Shown here: positions 18,684 to 28,499 of the stretch, one piece after another | Layout: the number at the start of each line of letters is the position of its first letter | Position numbering within the stretch: the stretch's first letter is position 1 | Origin: a bacterium | GTDB taxonomy: Bacteria > Zhuqueibacterota > Zhuqueibacteria > Residuimicrobiales > Krinioviventaceae | Direction: 5' to 3' | NCBI GenBank assembly: GCA_963693055.1 | Contig: OY843751.1 | Span: forward strand, 5,312,001 to 5,376,000 | DNA length: 64,000 nt | The notes under the pieces: generated by a model | The model's input: only the letters and a program-made list of their open reading frames with translations | What the model was told of the DNA's origin: nothing | Database searches by the model: none | Position numbers and translations under genes: made by a program

Positions 18684-19694
18684 TCATCCCTTTTCAGTAA
18701 AATATTTCCCCAGAATGTCTACCCATATTTTTTCAATCACATCCATTCTCCCGATTTTCTCCAGACTTGTCATGGAAGGGTTGGCATTCACCTCGATAAT
18801 CTTGTAATCATCAAGTAAATCTTTTACTCGATGGGATTGTGAGATCAGATCCACCGCAAACACCCGCAAGTCCATTTTCTTTGTTATTGTCTCGCAGAGC
18901 TGCCGAATAGATTCAGTCAACTCGATTGTAAAATCCAATACCTCCCCGCCTTCACTGATGGTCAGGGCAGAGGTATATTGAAGAGTCTTGCCCTCTATAA
19001 GCACGGAATTTTCAGTCAAGCCCTGAGTTGACAAATAATTTGCCAACTCGCCATGGTTTAGCGACAATGGATCGAGTCCACGGCTGTCACGCTCTTTGTT
19101 TTTCAAATCCAAAAGTTGCTTGATCGTACTTTTTCCATCCCCATACAATACGGGTTTACGTTTGCGGTAAGCAAATTGGGGAGCACCATCTATACTGAAA
19201 ATCCTGAATTCCTCTCCCCTCACAACTTCCTGCACAATCGCCATATAATGACTCTGGGACATGGATTTTAAAGATTGCACCAGTTCATCATCATTTTGAA
19301 CAATCCCGGCAAAAGCGCCCCGTGATCCGCTATTGGGTTTAACGAATAACGGATATCCCTGCTTGCCCGCATATTCTCTGGCAGCATCCAGAAACTTGCC
19401 TTCGCCCCGCAATCCAGAGAATCGTTCAGTTATAAAAAACGATTCTCCCACAGGTACTGGTAATTCTGCGTCCGACAAAATCCGGTAGGTAAACGTCTTG
19501 TCCGTTGCCAGTGTAAACGCGGTAGCGCTGTTCAGGGGATACGCGCAAATAGCGCCCGTGCCCAAATAAACAAACGGGTCTCCACGTTCTACCCGTGCAA
19601 GATAACCCGAATGCTCATCGCAGTTGATAAAGCGGTAACCCTCAGCCTTGCAGGCATGTTCTATATAGCGCATTTGGTCCGGTTGAAACGTCAT
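18684..19694 (-). CDS. ATP-grasp ligase (cyanophycin synthetase / GshAB-like ATP-grasp domain)
   Basis: 'DKTFTYRIL', 'YPLFVKPNSGSRG', 'VQEVVRGEEFRI', the CphA/GshAB-type insert 'GDGKSTIKQLL', and 'IIEVNANP'. Confidence 0.85.
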   Translation of the reverse strand: MTFQPDQMRYIEHACKAEGYRFINCDEHSGYLARVERGDPFVYLGTGAICAYPLNSATAFTLATDKTFTYRILSDAELPVPVGESFFITERFSGLRGEGKFLDAAREYAGKQGYPLFVKPNSGSRGAFAGIVQNDDELVQSLKSMSQSHYMAIVQEVVRGEEFRIFSIDGAPQFAYRKRKPVLYGDGKSTIKQLLDLKNKERDSRGLDPLSLNHGELANYLSTQGLTENSVLIEGKTLQYTSALTISEGGEVLDFTIELTESIRQLCETITKKMDLRVFAVDLISQSHRVKDLLDDYKIIEVNANPSMTSLEKIGRMDVIEKIWVDILGKYFTEKG

Positions 19695-19813
19695 AACATT
19701 CCTGTATCATATTTTTTTCAATATACTATATATAATCACCTGATTCAACGAATTACTGCTTGCACACTAGCAGAATTCTTTTTAAAATACTTGATACAGA
19801 GAAAAGGATTTTT

Positions 19814-21592
19814 ATGAAATTTTTCAAATGGTTTTTCAGAATTTTTGGTTCACTCTTACTCCTCTTACTCGTAATCGCATACTTTTATATTGTTCTGCCC
19901 TTTTGGGGAATGCCCTTTAACGCGCAGCGGCATGGCAATCCACCCTTGACACCCCCCTGGGCGCTGGAATGCTGGCTCTGGGAAGACGACGTCAACACTG
20001 CGGATTATGTGGATGAGCTGCTTGCCGGTTACCGCGAGCACGACATCCCGGTGCGGACCATCATCATCGACAGTCCCTGGAGCACCCGCCTTAACGATTT
20101 CAATATCGACACCACCCGTTATCCCGATCCTGTTAACTGGTTCAAAAAACTGGAAAACGAGGGTTATCGCACCGTACTGTGGATGACCACCATGGTGAAC
20201 AGCTATAGCAAAGATTCCGCAATCAAAGAGTCAACTCCCTGGTACCAACATGCCAAAGCAAACGGTTATCTCGTCGGGGACGGTTACCAAATGAAGTGGT
20301 GGAAAGGCAAAGGCGGATTCATCGACTATACAAATCCTGACGCCCTGAACTGGTGGCGAGGTATGCAGCAAAAAATTTTTGATTTGGGTATTGACGGCTG
20401 GAAACTGGACGGCACCGCACTCTTTTTCACCAGCAAATGGAAAGGGCTCTATTTCCCTTATCAGAAAACACATAAAGGCTGGATGACCACCCGCGGCTAT
20501 ATGGACCATTACTATCGTGACGAATACCACTGGGGACTTGAGCAGAATCCTGAATTTGTTACCTTGTCCCGCGCTATGGACCGTCCCTGGACGCACCCGG
20601 AAGGATTCGCGCCCATAGACGCCGCCCCTGTCACCTGGGTGGGCGATCAAACCCATACCTGGCGCACTACCAGCGAAGGCGAAGGACTGGACACCACCCA
20701 CAATGAGGAACTGGTGATTCAGGGTGCCGGTGGAATTGAAGAAGCCATGCGCGACATCCTCGGCAGCGCCAAACTGGGCTACTGCGTCATCGGATCAGAC
20801 ATTGCCGGGTTCAGCGGCAGGACCATTCCTCCGCGACTTTACATCCGCTGGACGCAGTTCTCTGTCTTTTGTGGACTGTTTATGAACGGGGGACATGGTG
20901 AGCGCCGCTTGTGGATGCGCACCCCGGAGGAATTAGAGATTATCCGCAAATATTCATGGCTGCATACCGAACTTATCCCCTATATGCACAGTCATGTGGT
21001 GGAATGTCACAACGGTGGGGCACCGCTTCAGCGTCCCGTCAAAGGCAAATACCATTACCTCTTTGGTGACGATCTCCTCATCGCACCCATCTATCAGGAC
21101 TCGTACAGTAACACAATCCAACTGCCCAAAGGCAAATGGCGCTACTGGTTTGATGATGACACAGTTATTACAGGACCCACAACCTTTAAACAGAAATTCA
21201 CACTCGATGAATACCCGGTATTCGTCCGGGAAGGTGCAATCCTTCCCATGCACATCAGCCGGGATTATACCGGATTCGGTGACGAACATTCCAATGGGTA
21301 CCTCACGCTGCTCATCTATCCCGACGGTAAAAACAGCTTTACCGTGCACCATCCCGACAAATCCGGCAGCACAACAATAACTGTCTCGCAAACAAAAGAC
21401 GCACTGCAAATCCAATTAGACGGTGCTCACAAACCGCATATATTACGCATCAAGTCAGAAACCGCACCCCAATCCATACAACTGGATGATAAAACTCTGG
21501 ATTCACAAAAATGGAGTTTTGATACTGATAAGCTCTTGTTAATTATCAAAACTGAAGAATATACGGGTGGGGAGTATAGAATAGCATATTAG
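19814..21592 (+). CDS. GH31 glycoside hydrolase with N-terminal membrane anchor
   Basis: 'IIIDSPW', 'IDYTNPDALNWW', nucleophile motif 'GIDGWKLDG', acid/base motif 'WVGDQ', 'GSDIAGF', 'YLFGDDLLIAP'. AAGGA RBS before ATG 19814. Confidence 0.88.
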   Translation: MKFFKWFFRIFGSLLLLLLVIAYFYIVLPFWGMPFNAQRHGNPPLTPPWALECWLWEDDVNTADYVDELLAGYREHDIPVRTIIIDSPWSTRLNDFNIDTTRYPDPVNWFKKLENEGYRTVLWMTTMVNSYSKDSAIKESTPWYQHAKANGYLVGDGYQMKWWKGKGGFIDYTNPDALNWWRGMQQKIFDLGIDGWKLDGTALFFTSKWKGLYFPYQKTHKGWMTTRGYMDHYYRDEYHWGLEQNPEFVTLSRAMDRPWTHPEGFAPIDAAPVTWVGDQTHTWRTTSEGEGLDTTHNEELVIQGAGGIEEAMRDILGSAKLGYCVIGSDIAGFSGRTIPPRLYIRWTQFSVFCGLFMNGGHGERRLWMRTPEELEIIRKYSWLHTELIPYMHSHVVECHNGGAPLQRPVKGKYHYLFGDDLLIAPIYQDSYSNTIQLPKGKWRYWFDDDTVITGPTTFKQKFTLDEYPVFVREGAILPMHISRDYTGFGDEHSNGYLTLLIYPDGKNSFTVHHPDKSGSTTITVSQTKDALQIQLDGAHKPHILRIKSETAPQSIQLDDKTLDSQKWSFDTDKLLLIIKTEEYTGGEYRIAY

Positions 21593-21607
21593 GGATTATC
21601 TGTTCCC

Positions 21608-21644
21608 CGTGACGGAGATCGCGTTGCTCATCTCCGTCACGATC
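21608..21644. repeat. REP-like palindrome family A, copy 4
   Basis: CGTGACGGAGAT-CGCGTTGCTC-ATCTCCGTCACG-ATC, a perfect 12-bp stem between convergent genes. Confidence 0.85.
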
Positions 21645-21667
21645 AAAACTCAATGAAATTTTACAAT

Positions 21668-24613
21668 TTATTTCACCAGGACTACTTTTTGTACTTTTCT
21701 ATACCCACCGGCCCGGATTTCAATCAGATAAATTCCACTGGATACCTGGGCGCCATATTGGTCAGTTGCGTCCCATACAAGACGGTGTTTGCCGGCATTT
21801 TTAAAACCGCTAAACAATTCATTAATTTTTTGGCCCCGTATATTAAAAATATCCAGGGTTACATCAACAGCGGTTGCAACATTAAATTCTATACTTGTCG
21901 ACATATTAAACGGATTCGGATAACAATTCAGCAATTCAAAAGAATCGATTTGCTGGTTTGGCTCGTCTACAACAGTAACGGGCTCTTTAAATTCATACAT
22001 TTTGGCAAATACATCGAACCCCTGTCCTCTAACAACATAATCTTCCCATGTTACAATAACCCTGTTATTTGTCAACACTACATCATAACCAGATCGAAAA
22101 TATTTTTGATTGTATGAGTGTATTTTAAAATTTTGACCAATTTTACCCATAGTATCAAATCTTTGCGCGTAAATTTCTTGGTTACCATTACGTGTATCTA
22201 ACCAGATGACAATAAAATTGCCGCTGCTGTCCATAGCCACTGATGGAAAATACTGGGAACGGTTATCTATAGCATCATTAACTAAAAAATTGCCTCCCCG
22301 GGGTTGACCGCTGCTGTTGTATATCTGCGCGTAAATATCGTATGCGTCATTATTACGTTTATCGCTCCAGGTGATGATAAAATTGCCGCTGCCGTCTACA
22401 GCCACTGATGGAGAACCTTGACTATTATCGCCTTCATCATCATTCACCAAAAAATTGCTTCCCCGGGGCTGGCCTCTGCTGTCATATAACTGTGCGTAAA
22501 TATCATCATTACCATTACGACTATCATACCAGGTGACGACAAAATCACCGCTGTCGCTTATTGCCGCGAACGGAGATCTTTGATCATTATCGCCCTCATC
22601 ATCATTGACTAAAAAATTACCTCCCAAGGCCTGGCCGCTACTGTTGTATAGCTGAGCGTAAATGTCTTTGTTATAGGTATATTCATAATAGTCTCCCCAG
22701 GTGACAACAAAATTGCCGCTGCTGTTCATAGCCACTGATGGATCACGCATTGTAGTAATGTGAACCTGATTAGTATTGACTAAAAAATTTTCTCCCTGGG
22801 CTTGACCACTACTGTTATACAACTGCGCGAAAATATCAAAGTTACCATTACGATTATCACTCCAGGCGATTACAAATTTACCGCTATCCCCCATGGCCAC
22901 GGAAGGATTGCTTTGTGTGTTTCTACCTTCTTCATCACTCACTAAAAGATTGGTTCCCAGGGCCTGGCCGCTGCTGTTATATATCTGTGCGTATATATCG
23001 TAATGGTAGGAACCATTACGTTCATCTTCCCAGGTGATGACAAAATTACCGCTACCGTCATTGGCAATGGAGGGATTGATCTGATCACCGCTGCCTTCAT
23101 CATGACTGACCAAAAAATTGCCTCCCCGGGGCTGGCCAGTGGGATCGTAACGCTGTGCATAGATATCATGGAAATCATTTCGATAATCCTCCCAGGTAAT
23201 AATCACATTACCGGCGCCACCTATGGCTACTGATGGATACAATAGCCAGGAATTACATTCATTATCATTGACTACAAAACGGGTACCAAGCTCCTCACCA
23301 CTGCTGTTATATAGCTGCGCGTAAATATCCCAGTTACCCTGTCGAAAATCCATCCAGGTGATGATAAAACTACTATTTTTGTCCATGACAACTGAGGGAT
23401 TAATTTGCAAAAAATCGCTTTCATCTGCATTGATTACAAAATTGTCTCCCCGGGGCTGGCCGGTGTTGTTGAATAGTTGCATATAAATATCTGTAGAGTC
23501 GTTACGTTCACCTTCCCAGGCGATTACAAAATCACCACTGTCATCCATAGCAACTGAAAGACTACCTTGCCAATCATAACCCTCTTCATCACTGACAAGA
23601 ATATTCCCTCCCCGGGGCTGGCCATTGCTGTCATACAGTTGTGCGTAAATATAGCTATTGCTGCCTCCATCACGTTTATCTAACCAGATGATAATGCAAT
23701 TACCACTATCGTTTATGGCCACTGATGGAGAATATTGCCCGGATATGCCCTCATCATCATTGACCAGAAAATTGTCTCCCAGAACCTGACCGCTGCTATT
23801 GTAGCGCTGCGCGAAAACATCACCGTTATCGTTACGTTTATCTAACCATGTGATGACAAAATTACCGCTGTCGTCCATGGCTACTGATGGAAAATATTGC
23901 CTATCATCGTCTTCATCATCATTGACTAAAAAATTACCTCCCAGGGGTAGGCCGCTGCTGTTATATAGCTGCGCATAGATATCATAGTTACCGTTACGTT
24001 CATCTATCCAGGTGATTACAAAATTACCACTGCCGTTCATGGCTACTGATGGGTAATTCTGCTCAGATATGCCTGTATCATCACTGACTAAAAAATCTCC
24101 CCCCTGGGACTGACCGTTGCTATTGTATCGCTGCGCATAGATATCATAGTCACCGTTACGTTCATCTATCCAGGTGATTACAAAATTACCACTGCCGTCA
24201 GCCGCAACATCAGGTTTTTCCTTATCACTTTTTCCTGCATTCTCATTGACCTGAAAATCATCAAGTATTATAGATATTGTGCTTTCTGTATACTGGTCCA
24301 ATGGAGACGAGTTCTGTTTAGACAAAAGCATTGGATTATCTTTGTTTATATTCTTTTCATTCAAGTACATTTCAAGATCATCATCAAAACCTCTGTTTCT
24401 CAAATCCCGTAAAATATCAGGCAGGTCAAGATCTTGACCATCAAGATCATATTTCCGCAGTAATCGCTCCAAATGATGCGGGTCAACCTGCCCCTGTTCC
24501 GCCATACGATGCAGCTTTGCAAGCATATCTCTTGATTCCTGACCTGCAAAGAGAAGAGTTGAGAATAGAATAATCATTAATAAAGACGTTACAATCGAAT
24601 TCATCATTTTCAT
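21668..24613 (-). CDS. Secreted tandem-repeat protein (14 repeats of about 54 aa, probable double beta-propeller) with T9SS-type C-terminal domain
   Basis: Repeat consensus NFLVNDDEGxxxQxxPSVAMDxSGNFVITWxDxRNGNxDIYAQLYNSSGQPxGG; signal peptide; C-terminal 'LLNCYPNPFNMST...SSGIY...KVVLVK'. Confidence 0.85.
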   Translation of the reverse strand: MKMMNSIVTSLLMIILFSTLLFAGQESRDMLAKLHRMAEQGQVDPHHLERLLRKYDLDGQDLDLPDILRDLRNRGFDDDLEMYLNEKNINKDNPMLLSKQNSSPLDQYTESTISIILDDFQVNENAGKSDKEKPDVAADGSGNFVITWIDERNGDYDIYAQRYNSNGQSQGGDFLVSDDTGISEQNYPSVAMNGSGNFVITWIDERNGNYDIYAQLYNSSGLPLGGNFLVNDDEDDDRQYFPSVAMDDSGNFVITWLDKRNDNGDVFAQRYNSSGQVLGDNFLVNDDEGISGQYSPSVAINDSGNCIIIWLDKRDGGSNSYIYAQLYDSNGQPRGGNILVSDEEGYDWQGSLSVAMDDSGDFVIAWEGERNDSTDIYMQLFNNTGQPRGDNFVINADESDFLQINPSVVMDKNSSFIITWMDFRQGNWDIYAQLYNSSGEELGTRFVVNDNECNSWLLYPSVAIGGAGNVIITWEDYRNDFHDIYAQRYDPTGQPRGGNFLVSHDEGSGDQINPSIANDGSGNFVITWEDERNGSYHYDIYAQIYNSSGQALGTNLLVSDEEGRNTQSNPSVAMGDSGKFVIAWSDNRNGNFDIFAQLYNSSGQAQGENFLVNTNQVHITTMRDPSVAMNSSGNFVVTWGDYYEYTYNKDIYAQLYNSSGQALGGNFLVNDDEGDNDQRSPFAAISDSGDFVVTWYDSRNGNDDIYAQLYDSRGQPRGSNFLVNDDEGDNSQGSPSVAVDGSGNFIITWSDKRNNDAYDIYAQIYNSSGQPRGGNFLVNDAIDNRSQYFPSVAMDSSGNFIVIWLDTRNGNQEIYAQRFDTMGKIGQNFKIHSYNQKYFRSGYDVVLTNNRVIVTWEDYVVRGQGFDVFAKMYEFKEPVTVVDEPNQQIDSFELLNCYPNPFNMSTSIEFNVATAVDVTLDIFNIRGQKINELFSGFKNAGKHRLVWDATDQYGAQVSSGIYLIEIRAGGYRKVQKVVLVK

Positions 24614-24881
24614 GGTTTTCCCCTATAGGTTAATACAATAGAAACTTTTGTTGTATCTGGCACATCAAATCAGAATTGTCAAGATATGCCAGGATAGACC
24701 CCTGGTTCTACAAAAATATTAAATAATAACACCGGATTTTATAACAGGAAAAAGGAACTGTATTGTTATCATCTACATCATCCAGACAATTCACATCTAA
24801 CACAAATTCACTTTTTATTTGGAAGGAGTACTTGGCAATATATTATAAATAATAATCGTGTATATATCAAGTAAAATATAA

Positions 24882-24920
24882 AAGCCCCACTCAAAAGCCT
24901 TTTGCTTTTGAATGGGGCTT
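24882..24920 (-). terminator. Terminator of the 28307-25011 operon
   Basis: AAGCCCCA.TCAAAAGC/GCTTTTGA.TGGGGCTT stem with a T-rich tail on the minus strand. A second hairpin lies at 24961-24993. Confidence 0.7.
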
Positions 24921-25010
24921 GCCCATCCGCACATCATCACATCAGTGTCGAGTTATTTTTGCCCTGGAGAGGCCATCCCGACCTCCCCAGGGCATCCCCA
25001 CTTCCCATCA

Positions 25011-26291
25011 TCACCACCCAACTCTTAGACTGCCGGCGAGGACCACACCTTTGGAAGCGTTCTGCGTTACACCACCTCTACTCGCTATTCCCACATCAAG
25101 CATAAACGCTTCTCCACCCAGTCCCAGTCCACCATGGTAATACGGATCACCGCAATACCGTATCCCGCCGAACAGGTGAAACATTGCCCATGAAACACCG
25201 CCACCCGCAGCGGCCAAAAACCGCTGGTACCGACTTCCCAATTCAAGGGCATACATGCCAAACCGTCCGCTTCGTCCCAATCCTAGCCTCACATCACGCG
25301 GACTGCTTGTAACATATTCTTTTAAACCGATTTCAGAATCGGTAAAAATCTCTTCTTCATCAAGATAAGTGATGCCGTCATCACCGAAAATAAACCTGGG
25401 GGCACCGGTATCCAACTCACCGGAATATGCCCGAGTATTCTCTCGCCAGGTCACCTGTTGGTATAAATTTCTCACAACAATCGAAAATGTATATTGTGCT
25501 GGCGTGGTAACGGACAATCCCACATCGAGTCCCAAACCCGATCCGGGAATGCTGCCATTTTCGCTGATACTTCCAACACCGTAATATGAACCTCTGGCAC
25601 TCACTCCCTGATCATCTATCAGGGTTTGCACAAATGCCTGCTCTGTGCGAAAGGATCCCAAACCAAACAAGTAGGACACGCGAGCACCAATGGCAATATC
25701 ATCAATGTCCAAAACAGGTCGATTAAAAACATACAACGTTTGGTAACGGATCAGGGATTTTCCAAACGCTACATGGACCTTACCCAACGCTTCTGCTGTT
25801 GCACCGGGTTGAAACAAATAGGTCTGCGGAGAAATACCCCGTAAAGGTATTTCTAAAACCTGTTTGGGTAAATACGATTGAGAATAACTGGATGTTGAAA
25901 ATCCAAATCCAAAATTACCAAAAGCAAATGAGAACAAAGAAATATCCGTTAACGTTTCCAGTTCCAGCCCTTTATCATCAGGAATACTTGCAAGCAATCG
26001 ATCCACATCCTCAGTTGAAAGAACCTTGTTCTCATTTGTAAAAAACTCGTTATACATGGCCTGGTTAATTGAATTGTTACCCAAGCCGGCACTCGCATTC
26101 AATAACATCATGGAGCCGCTGCGGCTGCCATCTTTTAAACCAAGATTGGCAGGATTCCAGTAAATAGCATCCACGCCACGTGCAAGTGCTGTATATGCTC
26201 CAGCCATTCCCAGGCTGGTTCCGGATTCTGCAAACGAACACAGACTTAAAACCAATAACATTAATATTGTTGCAGTAACCCGGAAGGTCAT
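25011..26291 (-). CDS. Outer-membrane beta-barrel protein (DUF5723/FadL-PorV superfamily-like)
   Basis: Signal peptide; 'SLGMAGAYTALARGVDAIYWNPANL' N-terminal signature; 'GLGLDVGLS'; alternating beta pattern ending in an aromatic residue (W). Confidence 0.7.
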   Translation of the reverse strand: MTFRVTATILMLLVLSLCSFAESGTSLGMAGAYTALARGVDAIYWNPANLGLKDGSRSGSMMLLNASAGLGNNSINQAMYNEFFTNENKVLSTEDVDRLLASIPDDKGLELETLTDISLFSFAFGNFGFGFSTSSYSQSYLPKQVLEIPLRGISPQTYLFQPGATAEALGKVHVAFGKSLIRYQTLYVFNRPVLDIDDIAIGARVSYLFGLGSFRTEQAFVQTLIDDQGVSARGSYYGVGSISENGSIPGSGLGLDVGLSVTTPAQYTFSIVVRNLYQQVTWRENTRAYSGELDTGAPRFIFGDDGITYLDEEEIFTDSEIGLKEYVTSSPRDVRLGLGRSGRFGMYALELGSRYQRFLAAAGGGVSWAMFHLFGGIRYCGDPYYHGGLGLGGEAFMLDVGIASRGGVTQNASKGVVLAGSLRVGW

Positions 26292-28307
26292 CTAGTTGTC
26301 CTCCGGTTTATTTACTGTCACATTGCCATTCAAAGAAATATTTTCCAGTATCACACAATCGGTGCTCTTTAATCGCGCCTTTTCCACCGGCTCAAGATCA
26401 ACTGTCCAGGTCAACAAATCAGATGCTGTCAGCAGATCAATCTGCGTGCTGTCTAATCCGGTCTCTAGCAATTGTTCACTCATACTCAAGAGATTTCCAT
26501 CCGCATCCAGTTCCGCGGCATCAAGATGCAATGTGGACAACAGCGGCCATTGGGAAATATCCAAATCCCGGGCAGTCTGTAAATCAACAACACGCACATG
26601 AAATTCACCACCAAGACATAATCCGTTTTTCACCTTGCACACCAGACTGATCTCATCAATATTATTAATCAATTCGCGATCATCATCATCAAAATCCAGT
26701 TCAGTGGTATCTCCGGTGAGTACGGTATTCTCGGGAACACTGAAAACAAAAGGGACATCCAACTGATAATCCATCATAATAGGATTACCCGTCAGGATTG
26801 CATACTCATCCCGAATACCAGCATTACCGGTAAACAAAAACGATTCCGGAAAAATATTTATTACATCCATTAATCCACCACCGCTGCCAATATTAGAACC
26901 ATCCAAAAACACACCCGTGTTTGAAATCTGTATTTTTCTATCACTCCCGCCCATGACAGAGAATGAATAATTGGCAGTTGCCGTTTCGTTCACATTATTT
27001 TGAGCATCAAGATTTAAATCAATATACATATTTGCCGGAACATTTTTAAAATCCAGTGTAAAGCGGGCATCATCAAATTCTATATCCGGTAATTCAACAT
27101 CCGTATCCATCACATCCTGTTCAATGCGGGGGAATTCCGTAGCAAGATTAACATTGGCGGTTACCTGAGAAAACCATAATTCACTAATACTGGCTGACGC
27201 ATTATATTTATCACCCGCGTGAATGTGTACATAGTCTTCTACATCGGGCAGCAAAGTGGTTTCAACCTGCAATTCCAGTAATCCGTTTTTCATATGGATT
27301 TCTGTATCAGCCAAATCAATGTTCACCTCTTCAGAAGAACGAGATAAAAGTATAAATTGCTTTTGCAAAGGATTAAAACTCTTGTCCAGAACACCCGGCA
27401 GGGTAAGGTCTAATTTTACTGGTAGATAAAACTCACTCTGAATATCAAACCGGATCATTCCACTTGATATTTGGGCAGAATTCACAACAAGAGAATCTGT
27501 ACTGAGTTCCAGTTCATGCGTGGTAAAAAAAGATTGTGAAGGAATTTTCGCCTCGGCTGCTATGGCAACAAGATTGCTCATAGAAACCTCAACATCAAAA
27601 CTCTGGTTATCGGTTATATTTACCAGTTCACCACTGGTGCCTTTAATCGATCCGTTTATAATAACATCCAGGGCATTGGTCAGAGTCTCTCCGCCAAGAT
27701 CAAGTGATGCCTGTTTCGAGCCGCCATTATTGGGGATATATTCTTCAAAAACCATCTCACTTATTGTCTCTTGGGTATTTCGGTCATATAGAGAAACCGT
27801 TATAGGTTTACCCAAAGGGAAAGCCAGGTTATTGGTGATCTCGAGCGTTATAACTCCGGACGCCAATGTAACAGAATAAAAATTTTCAAGGTCCAGAGAT
27901 TTTCTGACAGAAATGGTTTGTGATGGAACTGAACTGTTGGTGTTGTTGAATGTACGTAGCGCAGGAAAAGCTTCAAACAAAGGAACATGTATGGATTGAC
28001 CGGGATTCCCGTTCACGCTGACTGCATCTACCTGACCATTGATGGGATCAGGATTCAGAGCTTCCAGCCGTAACTGGTCTGCTATATCAATCTGCTCAGA
28101 ACCACTAAACCACAAATGATACAGATTGTCAGTATCTGTTACCAGGTTAGAGTCTGAAAATTCATTGCCTATTACAACAGTATCAGCAGCCATTAACGGA
28201 ATATTCTCCAGTCTGATCTGCCACTGCGGCAGCTTGGGTTCCTGCGGCAGTGTACAGGCCAGTATCAATAAAAAAGATACAAATATATTACTTTTTAAAT
28301 ACTTCAT
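26292..28307 (-). CDS. Large beta-rich lipoprotein, coupled to the downstream beta-barrel gene
   Basis: Lipobox LILA-C followed by 'PKLPQW...IPL'. Its stop directly abuts the next ATG at 26291. Confidence 0.75.
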   Translation of the reverse strand: MKYLKSNIFVSFLLILACTLPQEPKLPQWQIRLENIPLMAADTVVIGNEFSDSNLVTDTDNLYHLWFSGSEQIDIADQLRLEALNPDPINGQVDAVSVNGNPGQSIHVPLFEAFPALRTFNNTNSSVPSQTISVRKSLDLENFYSVTLASGVITLEITNNLAFPLGKPITVSLYDRNTQETISEMVFEEYIPNNGGSKQASLDLGGETLTNALDVIINGSIKGTSGELVNITDNQSFDVEVSMSNLVAIAAEAKIPSQSFFTTHELELSTDSLVVNSAQISSGMIRFDIQSEFYLPVKLDLTLPGVLDKSFNPLQKQFILLSRSSEEVNIDLADTEIHMKNGLLELQVETTLLPDVEDYVHIHAGDKYNASASISELWFSQVTANVNLATEFPRIEQDVMDTDVELPDIEFDDARFTLDFKNVPANMYIDLNLDAQNNVNETATANYSFSVMGGSDRKIQISNTGVFLDGSNIGSGGGLMDVINIFPESFLFTGNAGIRDEYAILTGNPIMMDYQLDVPFVFSVPENTVLTGDTTELDFDDDDRELINNIDEISLVCKVKNGLCLGGEFHVRVVDLQTARDLDISQWPLLSTLHLDAAELDADGNLLSMSEQLLETGLDSTQIDLLTASDLLTWTVDLEPVEKARLKSTDCVILENISLNGNVTVNKPEDN

Positions 28308-28499
28308 TTTCAATAGTGTCGACCCGAACGGACAATCTTGAAATTAAAGGGGTGCAGAGTAAACAGTAAAATTAACCTCTTGCCACCACTTTCTTCCTCA
28401 CACCTCTCTGCAACCCTTTGTTTTTCAAAACTTTAAAAGAACGTTACGACAATCACTTTATATAATATTCAATAACCTTTCTCATATCACCTGCGTTAA

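Noticed and set aside
13862-21644. Family-A palindromes as CRISPR repeats or integron attC sites
   Set aside because: They are dispersed over kilobases, lack regular spacers and lack RYYYAAC/GTTRRRY ends; there is no integron integrase in the window.
21990-24270. DNA repeats with ~162-bp periodicity as a possible CRISPR array or DGR
   Set aside because: They are in-frame coding repeats of the 981-aa protein. There is no constant repeat/unique spacer pattern, no cas gene and no reverse transcriptase in the window.
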